64,000 nt of DNA from an uncultured Clostridia bacterium (GCA_947594845.1 CANQEI010000002.1:17753-81752); one strand, 5' to 3'; counted from the stretch's first letter, positions 19,020 through 29,941 are shown. Translations and numbers: made by a program. Notes: a model not told the origin generated them from the sequence alone.

Positions 19020-20399
19020 ATGTTTGAAAAATATATAGAATCACAAAAAGACAATATGATTAAAGATTTAGGGAGAATGGTAAAAATTCCAAGTAAATTA
19101 GAGGGATACGATAATCCAGAGTATCCATTTGGAAAAGAGATAGATAATGCTTTAAATACATTTTTAGAAATTGGAAAAGAAATGGGATTTAGAACGAAAA
19201 ATATTGACAAACAATGTGGATATATAGAATTTGGAGAAGGAGAAGAACTATTAGGAATAATAGGACATCTAGATGTAGTACCAGAAGGAGAAGGCTGGAA
19301 ACACAATCCATTTGAATTAACTATAGAAGATGGAAAATTATATGGAAGAGGTACAATTGATGATAAAGGACCTATGATAGCTTCATTATATGCTATGAAA
19401 GCTGTTGCAGAAAATACAAAAATAAATAAAAGAGTAAGACTAATAATTGGCTTAAATGAAGAAAATGATTGGAAATGTATTGAATATTATAAAAAACATG
19501 AGGAAATGCCAGACCTAGGATTTAGCCCAGATGCTGATTTTCCTTGTATATACTCAGAAAAAGCATTACTAACGATATACACTGAAGAGAAATATAATGG
19601 AAATAATAAATTAAAAATAAAAGAAATAGACTGCAAAAATAATAGAGTAAATGTCGTTCCAAAATATTGTGGAATAAAATTAGAAACTAATAACGAAATA
19701 GCAGAAGAATTAAATGAATTACTTTTGAAAAAAATTAATGAAAAAGTTTCTTTTGTTAAAAAACAAAATGAATTCTTTATTGAAACAAAAGGAGTTCAAG
19801 CTCATGCAGCACATCCAGAACTAGGAGAAAATGCTGTATCAAAGATGATAAACATTTTAAATGATATATTTAATAAATTTAATATAGAAAATAAGACAAT
19901 TAAACTATTAGCAACTAAAATCGGAGAAGAAACAAATGGAAATAGCCTAGGAATAAAACATGAAAACGATGAATTAGGAGATTTAACATTAAATTTAGCA
20001 AATATTTCATTAGAAAATGGAACTATTAAAACTGGTATGAATTTGCGTATACCAGGAGATATGTTATTAGAAGATGTAAAAGAAAAAGTAAAAAAAGAAT
20101 TAGCTGGTTTAGAAATAGAATTTTCTGGAGAAAAAGCTGCTTTATATATTCCAAAGGATAACAAAATTGTAAAGAAACTATGTGATATTTATAATAAATT
20201 TACTGGTCAAAATAAGGAACCACTAGCAATTGGTGGAGCAACATTTGCTAGAGCATTTAAAAACTGCGTATCTTTTGGTGCAATGAATCCAGAAGAACCA
20301 GATATGTGTCACCAAGTTGATGAATATATATCAATTGATAATTTCATGAATGCTTGTAAAATGTACGCAGAAGCAATATATCAATTGAGTTGCAAATAG
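19020..20399 (+). CDS. pepV: M20 family (PepV/Sapep) dipeptidase
   Basis: GHLDVVP, GRGTIDDKGP, NEEND, SPDADFP, AHAAHPELG, GGATFAR, HQVDE. Confidence 0.9.
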   Translation: MFEKYIESQKDNMIKDLGRMVKIPSKLEGYDNPEYPFGKEIDNALNTFLEIGKEMGFRTKNIDKQCGYIEFGEGEELLGIIGHLDVVPEGEGWKHNPFELTIEDGKLYGRGTIDDKGPMIASLYAMKAVAENTKINKRVRLIIGLNEENDWKCIEYYKKHEEMPDLGFSPDADFPCIYSEKALLTIYTEEKYNGNNKLKIKEIDCKNNRVNVVPKYCGIKLETNNEIAEELNELLLKKINEKVSFVKKQNEFFIETKGVQAHAAHPELGENAVSKMINILNDIFNKFNIENKTIKLLATKIGEETNGNSLGIKHENDELGDLTLNLANISLENGTIKTGMNLRIPGDMLLEDVKEKVKKELAGLEIEFSGEKAALYIPKDNKIVKKLCDIYNKFTGQNKEPLAIGGATFARAFKNCVSFGAMNPEEPDMCHQVDEYISIDNFMNACKMYAEAIYQLSCK

Positions 20400-20417
20400 A
20401 AATATTAAGGAGGATTT

Positions 20418-21437
20418 ATGAAATATCCAAGAAATTTAAAAAAGGGAGATATTATTGCTACAACAGCTCCATCAGCTGGGATAATAAAGCCAGTTGATTT
20501 GGATAGATTAGACAATGTAAAAAATAATTTCGAAAAATATGGCTATAAGTATTTAGAAACTAAAAACGTTAGAACAGACGAGAATGGTAGAAGCTCCACA
20601 GGAGAACAAAGAGCTAGTCAATTAATGGCGTTATGGGAAAATAAAGAAGTAAGTGCTATTATATCAGCTTCAGGAGGAGATTTTTTAAATGAAACCATAG
20701 ATAATATAGATTTTGAAAAATTAAAACAATTACAACCTACATGGTTTCAGGGATACTCTGACAATACTGGAATTACCTTCCTTTTAAATACAATTTGTGA
20801 TATTGCATGCATATATGGACAAAATATAAAAGACTTTGGTATGAAGAAATTACATCCTTCATTGGAAAATTCTTTTAAAATAATGGAAGGAAAAGAAATT
20901 TGCCAAAATAGTTATAGTATGTGCGAAAGCAATGAATGGACAGAAAGAATAGATCCTTATGAGGAATATAAATTAACTGTCAAAAATAATTGGAAAACTT
21001 TAAATGGAGAAAGTAAAATTAATTTTAAAGGTCGTTCAATTGGTGGATGTTTTGATGTAATAGTAAACTTAATTGGAACTAAATATGATAAAGTATCAAA
21101 TTATATAGAAAAGTATAAGGAAGACGGAATTATATGGTTTTTAGAAGTATTTGAAATGTCTACACCACAAGTTTATTTACATTTATGGCAAATGAAGAAT
21201 TCAGGATATTTTAAAAATTGTAAAGGTATAATATTTGGAAGAAGTTTAATGTTAAGAGAAGACTATGGAATAGACTTTAGACAGGCTATTTATGATGCAA
21301 TTGGAGAATTAAATATTCCAATAATATATGATGCTGATATAGGACATGTATCACCTCAAATACCAATATTATCAGGAGGAATATTAGATATAGAAGTAAA
21401 TGAAGGAAAAGGAAGTATAAAAAATTATTTTGAATAA
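20418..21437 (+). CDS. S66 family LD-carboxypeptidase / MccF-like peptidase
   Basis: APSAG, GYSDNT (catalytic Ser), WFLE (Glu), IGHVSP (His). Confidence 0.9.
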   Translation: MKYPRNLKKGDIIATTAPSAGIIKPVDLDRLDNVKNNFEKYGYKYLETKNVRTDENGRSSTGEQRASQLMALWENKEVSAIISASGGDFLNETIDNIDFEKLKQLQPTWFQGYSDNTGITFLLNTICDIACIYGQNIKDFGMKKLHPSLENSFKIMEGKEICQNSYSMCESNEWTERIDPYEEYKLTVKNNWKTLNGESKINFKGRSIGGCFDVIVNLIGTKYDKVSNYIEKYKEDGIIWFLEVFEMSTPQVYLHLWQMKNSGYFKNCKGIIFGRSLMLREDYGIDFRQAIYDAIGELNIPIIYDADIGHVSPQIPILSGGILDIEVNEGKGSIKNYFE

Positions 21438-21470
21438 AAAAGGAAGAAGCCGGGGTTAGCCGGCTTTTCC
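21436..21470 (-). terminator. Intrinsic terminator of GC-rich orphan gene; stop codon lies in the loop
   Basis: Minus strand GGAAAAGCCGG-CTAACC-CCGGCTTCTTCCTTTTTT. Confidence 0.7.
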
Positions 21471-22112
21471 ATGCTGGTGGCGAACGAACAGATGATTGCG
21501 GGGATGCTTGTTCTCATGCGAAATGTGACGAGCCTTCTGCCGACGTACAGTGAAATCAGGAATTTGCGACTGAACTTGAAATGTGACGATTCTAAAGAAT
21601 TTTGCCAAGCGAGAGAAAATCAAGAATAATAATCCGAAGACAATTCTGATAGTCACAAGCAAAACAATTCTTTCGAAACTTAATACAGTTGAGAAAACAC
21701 CATCAACTTTGAATAACAGAAACCACATGCCACCCACGAGTGCTAAAAATAGAATACCACAAAGGATTGCAAAGAGGCTTACATGATTCTTAGCCGAAAA
21801 GGCGATCCAAAACTGATCACTCTTAACAAGAGCATCACGCTCATCATTCAGTTCACGAATTCGATCATCCATCTTAGTAGCATAGGAGCCACGATTGGTT
21901 TCAAGAGCAATCTCACGCTGTTCTTCACAGTACGAAATCTCCTGATAGATACCCAGCATACGCAGTTGAGTCCCAAGCACGGGAACCGCAATTTTTGATA
22001 TCACCACCCATGATAAGATTGCTGCCAGCACCAGAGTGCCAACGATGAGAAAGAGCCGAGTGGCCCCCGCCTGAAATTTCTTTGCCTTTGCCAGATTGAT
22101 GCGTTTTGCCAT
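21456..22112 (-). CDS. Orphan membrane protein, anomalously GC-rich
   Basis: 218 aa, three hydrophobic segments, RBS GGAGG, TGnTATAAT upstream, own terminator; sampled 60-nt lines are 37-62% GC, well above the flanks. Confidence 0.75.
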   Translation of the reverse strand: MAKRINLAKAKKFQAGATRLFLIVGTLVLAAILSWVVISKIAVPVLGTQLRMLGIYQEISYCEEQREIALETNRGSYATKMDDRIRELNDERDALVKSDQFWIAFSAKNHVSLFAILCGILFLALVGGMWFLLFKVDGVFSTVLSFERIVLLVTIRIVFGLLFLIFSRLAKFFRIVTFQVQSQIPDFTVRRQKARHISHENKHPRNHLFVRHQHGKAG

Positions 22113-22279
22113 TTCTTAATACCTCCAGTTTTTTTCATGATAAGGGTCTACATAATATATTATAGCATATTTTGGAAAATAAAGCGAATTGTTACTAAAA
22201 AATAATAAAAAATATATATTTGTAATATTAAAAAGAGAAATATCAAGTAAAAGTTATTAAAAATAAAATTAAAAATTGT

Positions 22280-22308
22280 TTGACAAAACATCTATTTTAA
22301 TAGATAAT
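22280..22308 (+). promoter_or_regulatory. SigA-like promoter of glgP
   Basis: TTGACA-17 nt-GATAAT. Confidence 0.55.
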
Positions 22309-22369
22309 TATTATATTGAAAAAATGGGAATACAAAAGAATTTTGAGAAGAATTACAAAGGAGGAAAAT

Positions 22370-24934
22370 ATGTATATTTTCAATAGAATTACAGTTATAC
22401 CACAATTGCCAAAAGAACTAAAAAAGTTATCTGAAATTGCTAATAATTTGTGGTGGTCATGGAATACGGAATTTTTAAAAATTTTCAAAATGATTGATCC
22501 TGATTTGTGGGATAGAATTGACAAAAATCCTACAAAGTTTTTGAAACTTGTAAGTCAAGAAAAAATAGAAAAAGCATCAAAAAATGAAGAAATTATAAAA
22601 TTATATAATACAGTAGTTGGAAATTATGATAGCTATATGAATAGCAAAGATACATGGTTTTCAAAAAAATATCCAAATAATAAAAAAGATTTAATCGCTT
22701 ATTTCTCAGCAGAATATGGACTAGATGAAATATTACCAATATACTCAGGAGGACTAGGAATTTTATCAGGTGATCACTTAAAATCTGCAAGTGATTTAGG
22801 AATTCCTTTAGTAGCTGTAGGATTACTTTATAAAAATGGATATTTTAATCAGAAGATTAATGGCTTTGGAGAACAAGAATCAGAATATAATAATATAGAC
22901 TTATATAATCTGCCAATAAATCCAGTAAAAACAGCAGATGACAATGATTTAATAATAGAGATACCATTATTGGATAATATATTACATTTAAAAATATGGA
23001 AAATAGAAGTAGGAAGAGTTTGCTTATATTTAATGGACTCTGATATAGAGCAAAATTCAGAAGATTTTAGAAACATAACATTAAAATTATATGGTGGAGA
23101 TAAAGAAATGAGAATAAGACAAGAAATTGTCTTAGGAATGGCAGGAGTTAGACTATTAAAAGAATTAGGACTTGAGCCAACTGTATACCATATGAATGAA
23201 GGACATTCTGCTTTTTTAACTTTACAATTAATAAAAGATACAATGAAAGAAAAACAAGTTTCTTTTGAAATAGCAACAGAAATTGTAACTTCTCAAACTG
23301 CATTTACAACACATACACCAGTTCCAGCAGGAAATGATATATTCGATTTAGGATTAATTGATAAATATTTTGATAAAATGTGGGATGATTTTGGAATAAC
23401 TAGAGAAAGATTTATGAAACTTGGAATGAAAGAGACAGAAGAATTAGAACCAGGGTTTAATATGGGAATATTAGCTCTTAGAATTTCTGGAAAGAAAAAT
23501 GGAGTTAGTAAACTACATGGGGCAGTTTCTAGAGAATTATTCACAGAAGTTTGGCCTGATATTGCTGCAAATGAATCACCTATTACTTATGTTACAAACG
23601 GAGTTCATACTTGTTCATGGTTAGCACCAAATTTAAAAAGTTTGTATAATGAATATTTAATTCCTTACTGGCAAGACAGTATATATGATGATAATATATG
23701 GAAAAAAATTAATTCAATTCCAGATGAAAGACTTTGGGAAGAACATATAAAAAGAAAAGAAAAATTAATTGATCTAATAAAGAAAAATCTTACAACTAGA
23801 TATAAAAGAAGTGGATATAGCTATGATGAAATAAATGAAATTTTATCTAAATTAGATCCAAATGCATTAACAATTGGGTTCGCTAGAAGATTTGCAACAT
23901 ACAAAAGAGCAACACTTATATTTAGAGATATTGAAAGACTAACTCAAATATTAAATCAAGAAAATAGACCAGTTCAAATTATATTTGCCGGAAAAGCACA
24001 TCCAGCAGATGTTGAAGGACAAAAATTAATAAAAAGAATACATGAAATTTCATTAATGCCACAATTTAAAGGAAAAATATTCATACTTGAAAATTATAAC
24101 ATTTCTATAGCAAGATATTTAGTAAGCGGAGTAGATGTATGGCTAAATAATCCTAGAAGACCAATGGAAGCTTCAGGAACATCAGGAGAAAAAGCTTCTA
24201 TTAATGGAGTTATAAACTTTAGTGTATTAGACGGTTGGTGGGCTGAAGGATATGATACAACAAACGGTTGGGCAATAGGAACTGAAAATGATTATGATTC
24301 TTATGAAATTCAAGATAATAATGATAGTGATAGTATCTACAGTACACTTGAAAACAAAATAATACCAACATATTATAAAAAGAAAGACAATGAATTTTCA
24401 AAAGAATGGCTAAAAATAATGAAAAATTCAATAATTACAACTGGTGGAAAATACAGTACATCTAGAATGCTTATTGACTATATGGAGAATATATATATGC
24501 CATTATGTAATCTTCATAATAAATATTTTAATGAACTAGATAAGGTAAACGATTTTGCAAAATGGAAAAAAGCAGCGAAGGAAAGATGGCAAGAAATAAA
24601 AATATCTCAAGATAGCAATATAGATAATGTAAAAATGAAAGCCGGAGATGTAATTGAAGTTACATGTAAAGTCCAATTACCAAATTTTAAGCCAGAAAAC
24701 TTGGCAGTACAAGTATATTACGGACAAATATTAGATACAGGAATTGTTAATAATGTTTCCGCAACAGAAATGAAAAAAGTTGAAGAAAATAAAGAAGAAA
24801 ACACATATAAATATGCAGCTAAAATAAAACTAACAACAGGTGGAAATTTTGGATATACATTTAGAGTCATGCCAAAACATGAAATGTTATTAGATTCAGA
24901 AAATATGAATTTAATAAAATGGATGACGAAATAG
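22370..24934 (+). CDS. glgP: Alpha-glucan (glycogen) phosphorylase
   Basis: YFSAEYG, YSGGLG, HMNEGH, NGVH, ARRFATYKR, EASGTSGEKA PLP-lysine motif; RBS AAGGAGG favours ATG 22370. Confidence 0.96.
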   Translation: MYIFNRITVIPQLPKELKKLSEIANNLWWSWNTEFLKIFKMIDPDLWDRIDKNPTKFLKLVSQEKIEKASKNEEIIKLYNTVVGNYDSYMNSKDTWFSKKYPNNKKDLIAYFSAEYGLDEILPIYSGGLGILSGDHLKSASDLGIPLVAVGLLYKNGYFNQKINGFGEQESEYNNIDLYNLPINPVKTADDNDLIIEIPLLDNILHLKIWKIEVGRVCLYLMDSDIEQNSEDFRNITLKLYGGDKEMRIRQEIVLGMAGVRLLKELGLEPTVYHMNEGHSAFLTLQLIKDTMKEKQVSFEIATEIVTSQTAFTTHTPVPAGNDIFDLGLIDKYFDKMWDDFGITRERFMKLGMKETEELEPGFNMGILALRISGKKNGVSKLHGAVSRELFTEVWPDIAANESPITYVTNGVHTCSWLAPNLKSLYNEYLIPYWQDSIYDDNIWKKINSIPDERLWEEHIKRKEKLIDLIKKNLTTRYKRSGYSYDEINEILSKLDPNALTIGFARRFATYKRATLIFRDIERLTQILNQENRPVQIIFAGKAHPADVEGQKLIKRIHEISLMPQFKGKIFILENYNISIARYLVSGVDVWLNNPRRPMEASGTSGEKASINGVINFSVLDGWWAEGYDTTNGWAIGTENDYDSYEIQDNNDSDSIYSTLENKIIPTYYKKKDNEFSKEWLKIMKNSIITTGGKYSTSRMLIDYMENIYMPLCNLHNKYFNELDKVNDFAKWKKAAKERWQEIKISQDSNIDNVKMKAGDVIEVTCKVQLPNFKPENLAVQVYYGQILDTGIVNNVSATEMKKVEENKEENTYKYAAKIKLTTGGNFGYTFRVMPKHEMLLDSENMNLIKWMTK

Positions 24935-24942
24935 TTTTTGGA

Positions 24943-24988
24943 AATATTATAGATATTAGGTAAATAAAAATCTAATATCTATAATATT
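24943..24988 (+). terminator. Long AT-rich hairpin after glgP
   Basis: 17-bp inverted repeat AATATTATAGATATTAG / CTAATATCTATAATATT. Confidence 0.6.
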
Positions 24989-25080
24989 GTCGTTTAAAAT
25001 AAAAAACACTTGAAATATTTATACTTTGTGGTATACTAATCAAGGTTATTTATAATATATGACATAAAAGGAGAATTTAT

Positions 25081-26526
25081 ATGAAATCAAATTTAAGAAA
25101 AACAAAAATAGTTGGAACAATTGGACCTGCAAGTGAGAAAAGATTAAAAGAATTATTTGAAGCTGGATTAAATGTTTGCAGAATAAATTATTCTCATGGA
25201 AGTTATGAGGAACAAAAAGAAAAAACAGAAGAAATTATAAGATTAAGGGAAGAAATGGATTTACCAATTCCTATGATACTTGATATGCAAGGACCTGAAA
25301 TAAGAACAGGAATGTTAGGATGCGATATAACTGAAAAAATAAAACTAGAAGATGGTCAAAAATTTACTTTAGTAAATGAAGACATTGTAGGAGATAAGAA
25401 CAGAGTATCTGTTTCTTATAAAAATTTATATCAAGATGTTAAACCAGGTTCAAAAGTTTTAATAGATGATGGTGCTGTTGAATTAGTTGTAGATGAAATA
25501 GTAGAAAAAGATATTCATTGCACAGTAGTTCATGGAAATTTATTAGGACACAGAAAAACAATAAATTTACCAGGTACAGCAGTTCGTTTACCTGCACTAA
25601 AAGAAAAAGATATAAATGACTTAATTGCTGCATGTGAACACGAATATGATTATGTAGCTATGTCTTTTACAAGAGGTGTTGACGATATTGAACAAGTTAG
25701 AAAAGTATTAGATGAACATGGTGGAAAAGATATAAAAATTATAACAAAAGTTGAAAACCTTGAAGGATTAGAGCATATAGAAGAAATAGTAATGAATGCT
25801 GATGCACAAATGATCGCTCGTGGTGATATGGCAACAGAAACAGATTTCACAGAACCACCAATTATGCAAAAAAGAATTATAAGATTATCAAATAGAGAAA
25901 ACAAACCTACTATTACAGCTACTCAAATGCTAGAATCAATGACACACAATCCATTACCAACAAGAGCAGAAGCAAATGATGTTGCAAATGCAATTTTTGA
26001 TAGAACAAGTGCTGTAATGCTATCTGGAGAATGTGCATTAGGAGAATATCCAGTAGAATGCGTTAAAACAATGGATAAAATAGCAAAAAGAACAGAGCCA
26101 ACAATAAAATATTGGAAAAGATTTGAAAACAGACAAAGTGAATATATTGTATTAAGAACATTAGAAGATAATATTGCATATTCAGTATGTGTTATGGCAA
26201 AAACTATACAAGCTGATGCAATTGTTTGTTATACAAATACTGGTAGCTCAGCAAGAAGATTATCTGGAATGGGAGCTGCTTGCCCGATTTTAGTAGTTAC
26301 AGATAATAAGAGAACTTTCCGTCAATTAGGATTAGTATGGAATGTATTTCCTGTATATATTGAAAATGAGGGAGATATTAATAAAGTAATTTCAGATGGT
26401 ATTGCAAAACATAAGAAATTAGGAAATCTTGAAAAAGGAGACAGAGTTGTTGTTGCAGGTGGATCTAAAATATTACCAGATTACCCAACAAGCAAAGCTT
26501 TCGGTGGATATCTAGAAATTGACTAA
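25081..26526 (+). CDS. pyk: Pyruvate kinase
   Basis: RKTKIVGTIGPAS, RINYSHG, DMQGPEIRTG, KVEN, MIARGD, ATQMLESM, PTRAE, MLSGE. Confidence 0.97.
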   Translation: MKSNLRKTKIVGTIGPASEKRLKELFEAGLNVCRINYSHGSYEEQKEKTEEIIRLREEMDLPIPMILDMQGPEIRTGMLGCDITEKIKLEDGQKFTLVNEDIVGDKNRVSVSYKNLYQDVKPGSKVLIDDGAVELVVDEIVEKDIHCTVVHGNLLGHRKTINLPGTAVRLPALKEKDINDLIAACEHEYDYVAMSFTRGVDDIEQVRKVLDEHGGKDIKIITKVENLEGLEHIEEIVMNADAQMIARGDMATETDFTEPPIMQKRIIRLSNRENKPTITATQMLESMTHNPLPTRAEANDVANAIFDRTSAVMLSGECALGEYPVECVKTMDKIAKRTEPTIKYWKRFENRQSEYIVLRTLEDNIAYSVCVMAKTIQADAIVCYTNTGSSARRLSGMGAACPILVVTDNKRTFRQLGLVWNVFPVYIENEGDINKVISDGIAKHKKLGNLEKGDRVVVAGGSKILPDYPTSKAFGGYLEID

Positions 26527-26582
26527 TAAAATTAATTAATTTAAATAAATATTAATATAATAAAAATAAAGGAGGGAACAAC

Positions 26583-27242
26583 ATGGAAGATACTTATGTA
26601 GCAAGTTCAAACAAAACTATTGCTCAAACATTTTTATGGATGTTCTTAGGAGTACTTAGTACAGCTGCTGTTGCTGCATACACTTATTATAGTGGTGCCT
26701 TTGTAGAAATAGCAGGAGGCTGGGCAGCAATTTTAATTGCACAAGTATTAATTGCTTTATTCTTTGGCTTTTGCATAAGGAAACTGCCTGCAATGTTGGT
26801 AACATTTTTATTTTTCTTATACTCAATGCTGACAGGTGCAACCTTTTCTATAATATTTGTAGCATATAATTTAACAACTATTGCATATGCACTTTTTGCA
26901 ACTGCAGGATTTTTTGGAATATTAGCATTTATTGGTTATACTACTAAAAGAGATTTGAGCAAATTTGGAAATGTATTGTTATCAGCTTTATTAGTAGCAA
27001 TTGTTTTAACAATAGTTAATATTTTTGTAGGTAGCCAACCTCTAGATATTATATTAGACTGGGTAATATTATTAATATTTGCAGGATTAACTGCTTATGA
27101 TATGAACAAAATAAAAAGTATGAGCGAAGATGGACTTATAAATCAAGAAAAAGTTGCAATATATGGAGCTTTTGAATTGTATTTAGATTTCATAAATTTA
27201 TTTTTAAGAATATTAGAAATTTTTGGAAGAAGAAACGATTAA
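26583..27242 (+). CDS. Bax inhibitor-1/YccA family membrane protein
   Basis: About 7 TM segments; TAYDMNKIK and LYLDFINLFLRIL signature. Confidence 0.92.
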   Translation: MEDTYVASSNKTIAQTFLWMFLGVLSTAAVAAYTYYSGAFVEIAGGWAAILIAQVLIALFFGFCIRKLPAMLVTFLFFLYSMLTGATFSIIFVAYNLTTIAYALFATAGFFGILAFIGYTTKRDLSKFGNVLLSALLVAIVLTIVNIFVGSQPLDIILDWVILLIFAGLTAYDMNKIKSMSEDGLINQEKVAIYGAFELYLDFINLFLRILEIFGRRND

Positions 27243-27589
27243 TGAAAAAATTATTATTGTCTTTTAAATATGCTATAACTGGAATAATTACTACAATAAT
27301 AGAACAAAGAAATATAAAAATACATTTGTTAGCTGTTTTAGTAGTTATTATAATGGGAATAATATATAAAATTTCAGATGTTGAATGGATTGTATGTATA
27401 TTATTATTTGGAATAGTTATATCTTCTGAAATAATAAATACAGCGATTGAAAATACAGTGGATTTAGTTAGTAAAGAAAAAAGTATATTAGCAAAAAAGG
27501 CAAAAGATGCAGCTGCTGGAGCAGTTTTAGTAAACGCGATTGTTTCAGTAATTATAGCTGGTTTTATTTGGATACCAAAAATATTTTAA
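27242..27589 (+). CDS. dgkA: Diacylglycerol/undecaprenol kinase
   Basis: SFKYAITG, RNIKIH, EIINTAIENTVD, AKDAAAGAVL. Confidence 0.92.
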   Translation: MKKLLLSFKYAITGIITTIIEQRNIKIHLLAVLVVIIMGIIYKISDVEWIVCILLFGIVISSEIINTAIENTVDLVSKEKSILAKKAKDAAAGAVLVNAIVSVIIAGFIWIPKIF

Positions 27590-27593
27590 ATAC

Positions 27594-27625
27594 AAAGGAC
27601 AAGAAGAACATCTCTTGTCCTTTTT
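27594..27625 (+). terminator. Intrinsic terminator
   Basis: AAAGGACAAGA / TCTTGTCCTTT followed by T-tract. Confidence 0.75.
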
Positions 27626-27673
27626 AATGGGAGAATATAATTACATAAAAACGAAAAGAAAGGATGATAGTAT

Positions 27674-29107
27674 ATGAAAGAAAAATATGATGTTATTGCA
27701 GTAGGAATGGGACCTGGATCTATTTTCATGGCATATGAATTCATAAAACAAAATAGCAACAAAAAAATATTATTAATTGAACAAGGAAAAAGAGTTGAGA
27801 ATAGAAATTGTCCAATCGAAAAAACAGGAGTATGCACAAAATGCAAACCATTTTGCAATATAACGAGTGGTTTTTCAGGAGCAGGAGCCTTTTCTGATGG
27901 CAAACTTTCATTATATAATCCAGAAGATGATGATATTCATGTTGGAGGAGAATTACATAATTATATAGGAGTTCCAAAAACAAAAGAGTTAATAGACTAT
28001 ACAGATAAAATATATTTAGAATTTGGTGCAGACAAAAAACTAGAAGGAATTAATTATAGAGAAGAAGTTGGACTTTTAAAAAAGAAAGCTAAAAAAGAAG
28101 GTTTAGACTTAATAGATATTCCAATAAGACATTTAGGAACAGAAAAAGCACATGAATTATATGGTAAAATAGAAAAATATCTAGAAGATAATGGAGTTAC
28201 TTTAATGTTCGAAACAATAGTAGATGATTTAATTGTTGAAAATGGAAAAGTTTCCGGAGTTAAAGTAAAACCTGCTAAATATTTAGAAGATCCAGAATAT
28301 CAAACAGAAGAAATTTATGGAGAAAAAGTTGTATTAGCAGTTGGTAGAAAAGGAGCTAACTGGCTTGTTGGTATGTGCGATAAATATAATATTGAAACAA
28401 GTGCTGGCTCTGTTGATATTGGTGTTAGATATGAATTACCAGATGAAATAATGAAAGATATAAATCATTATATGTATGAAGGAAAAATTATAGGTAGACC
28501 ATGGCCATTTAACGATAAAGTTAGAACTTTTTGCCAAAATCCAAGTGGCTTTGTTTCATCAGAGGTATATGATCACAATTTAACATTAGTAAATGGACAT
28601 TCATATAAAGATAAAAAAAGTACAAATACAAATTTAGCAATACTTGTTTCACATAATTTTACATATCCATTCGACAAACCAATTGACTATGGTAGAAATG
28701 TTGCTAAGAACTTGAACGAGTTAGGAAACGGAAATGTAGTAGTACAAAGATTGGGAGATATTAGTAGAGGAAAAAGAACATGGCAAAAGGATCTTGACAG
28801 AAATTCAGTAGTTCCAACATTAAAATCAGCTGTGCCAGGAGATATAACATTTGCAATAGGATACAGGACAATGACAGATATTTTACAATTTATAAAACAA
28901 GTAGATAAAGTTGTAGAAGGTTTTGCAAATCCAGATAACTTATTATATGGACCAGAAATTAAATTTTATAGTAACAAAGTAGTAATAGATGAAAACTTTG
29001 AAACAAGCATTAAAAACTTGTATTCAATAGGAGATGGTGGAGGAATGACAAGAGGATTAATGATGGCTTCATGTTCAGGAGTACAAATGGCAAGAAATCT
29101 TATGTAG
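27674..29107 (+). CDS. Uncharacterised FAD-dependent oxidoreductase with N-terminal Cys cluster
   Basis: VGMGPG dinucleotide motif, CPxxxxxxCxxCxxxC, GAGAFSDGKL, IRHLGT, VRTFC, YGPEIKFYS, GDGGG. Confidence 0.85.
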   Translation: MKEKYDVIAVGMGPGSIFMAYEFIKQNSNKKILLIEQGKRVENRNCPIEKTGVCTKCKPFCNITSGFSGAGAFSDGKLSLYNPEDDDIHVGGELHNYIGVPKTKELIDYTDKIYLEFGADKKLEGINYREEVGLLKKKAKKEGLDLIDIPIRHLGTEKAHELYGKIEKYLEDNGVTLMFETIVDDLIVENGKVSGVKVKPAKYLEDPEYQTEEIYGEKVVLAVGRKGANWLVGMCDKYNIETSAGSVDIGVRYELPDEIMKDINHYMYEGKIIGRPWPFNDKVRTFCQNPSGFVSSEVYDHNLTLVNGHSYKDKKSTNTNLAILVSHNFTYPFDKPIDYGRNVAKNLNELGNGNVVVQRLGDISRGKRTWQKDLDRNSVVPTLKSAVPGDITFAIGYRTMTDILQFIKQVDKVVEGFANPDNLLYGPEIKFYSNKVVIDENFETSIKNLYSIGDGGGMTRGLMMASCSGVQMARNLM

Positions 29108-29194
29108 ATAAAATATAAATTTGCTAAAAGCCTATTCAAAGCTAAAAAAGTATGATAAAATATTTAAATATAAAATAAAAAGGAGGAATTAACC

Positions 29195-29920
29195 ATGTCA
29201 GGACATAGCAAATGGCATAATATCGCAGCAAAGAAAGGAAAAGCAGATGCTGCAAGAGGAAAAGTTTTTACAAAACTTGGAAGAGAATTATTAATAGCAG
29301 TGAAACAAGGTGGACCTGATCCTAATGGTAATTCTAAATTAAAAGATGTTATAGCTAAATGTAAGGCAGCTAATATGCCAAATGATACAATAAATAATGC
29401 AATAAAAAAAGCATCTGGCTCAGCAGATGGTGCTAATTATGAGGAAATAACTTATGAAGGATATGGAGTATCAGGAGTTGCTGTAATAGTAAATGCATCA
29501 ACAGATAATAGAAATAGAACTGCAGCAGATATTAGACATGTATTTGACAAAGCTGGTGGAAATTTAGGAACAACAGGTTGTGTTTCATATATGTTTGAGA
29601 AAAAAGGTATAATAGTTATAGAAAAAGAATCAACAGACTTATCAGAAGATGATTTAATGTTACTTGCAATTGATGCAGGTGCAGAAGATTTTCAAGCTGA
29701 TGAAGAAGTGTATGAAATAACTACAGCACCAGAAAATTTTTCTTCAGTAAGAGAAGAACTAGAAAAAAATAATTTAACTTTTATTGAAGCAGAAGTAAGA
29801 ATGGTACCCAATACATATGTAAAACTAAATGAAAAAGATTCAGAAAGAATGGAAAACTTTTTAGAAAAATTAGATGACTTAGACGATGTATCAGATGTAT
29901 ATCATAACTGGGAAGAATAG
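29195..29920 (+). CDS. yebC: YebC/PmpR family protein
   Basis: [32 protein letters not shown]. Confidence 0.96.
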   Translation: MSGHSKWHNIAAKKGKADAARGKVFTKLGRELLIAVKQGGPDPNGNSKLKDVIAKCKAANMPNDTINNAIKKASGSADGANYEEITYEGYGVSGVAVIVNASTDNRNRTAADIRHVFDKAGGNLGTTGCVSYMFEKKGIIVIEKESTDLSEDDLMLLAIDAGAEDFQADEEVYEITTAPENFSSVREELEKNNLTFIEAEVRMVPNTYVKLNEKDSERMENFLEKLDDLDDVSDVYHNWEE

Positions 29921-29941
29921 TTTTTTTAGGAGAAAAATCAT

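Noticed and set aside
21436-22190. Integron attC cassette interpretation of the GC-rich orphans
   Set aside because: No convincing RYYYAAC...GTTRRRY pair; hairpins fit intrinsic terminators; genes have their own promoters and are not arrayed.
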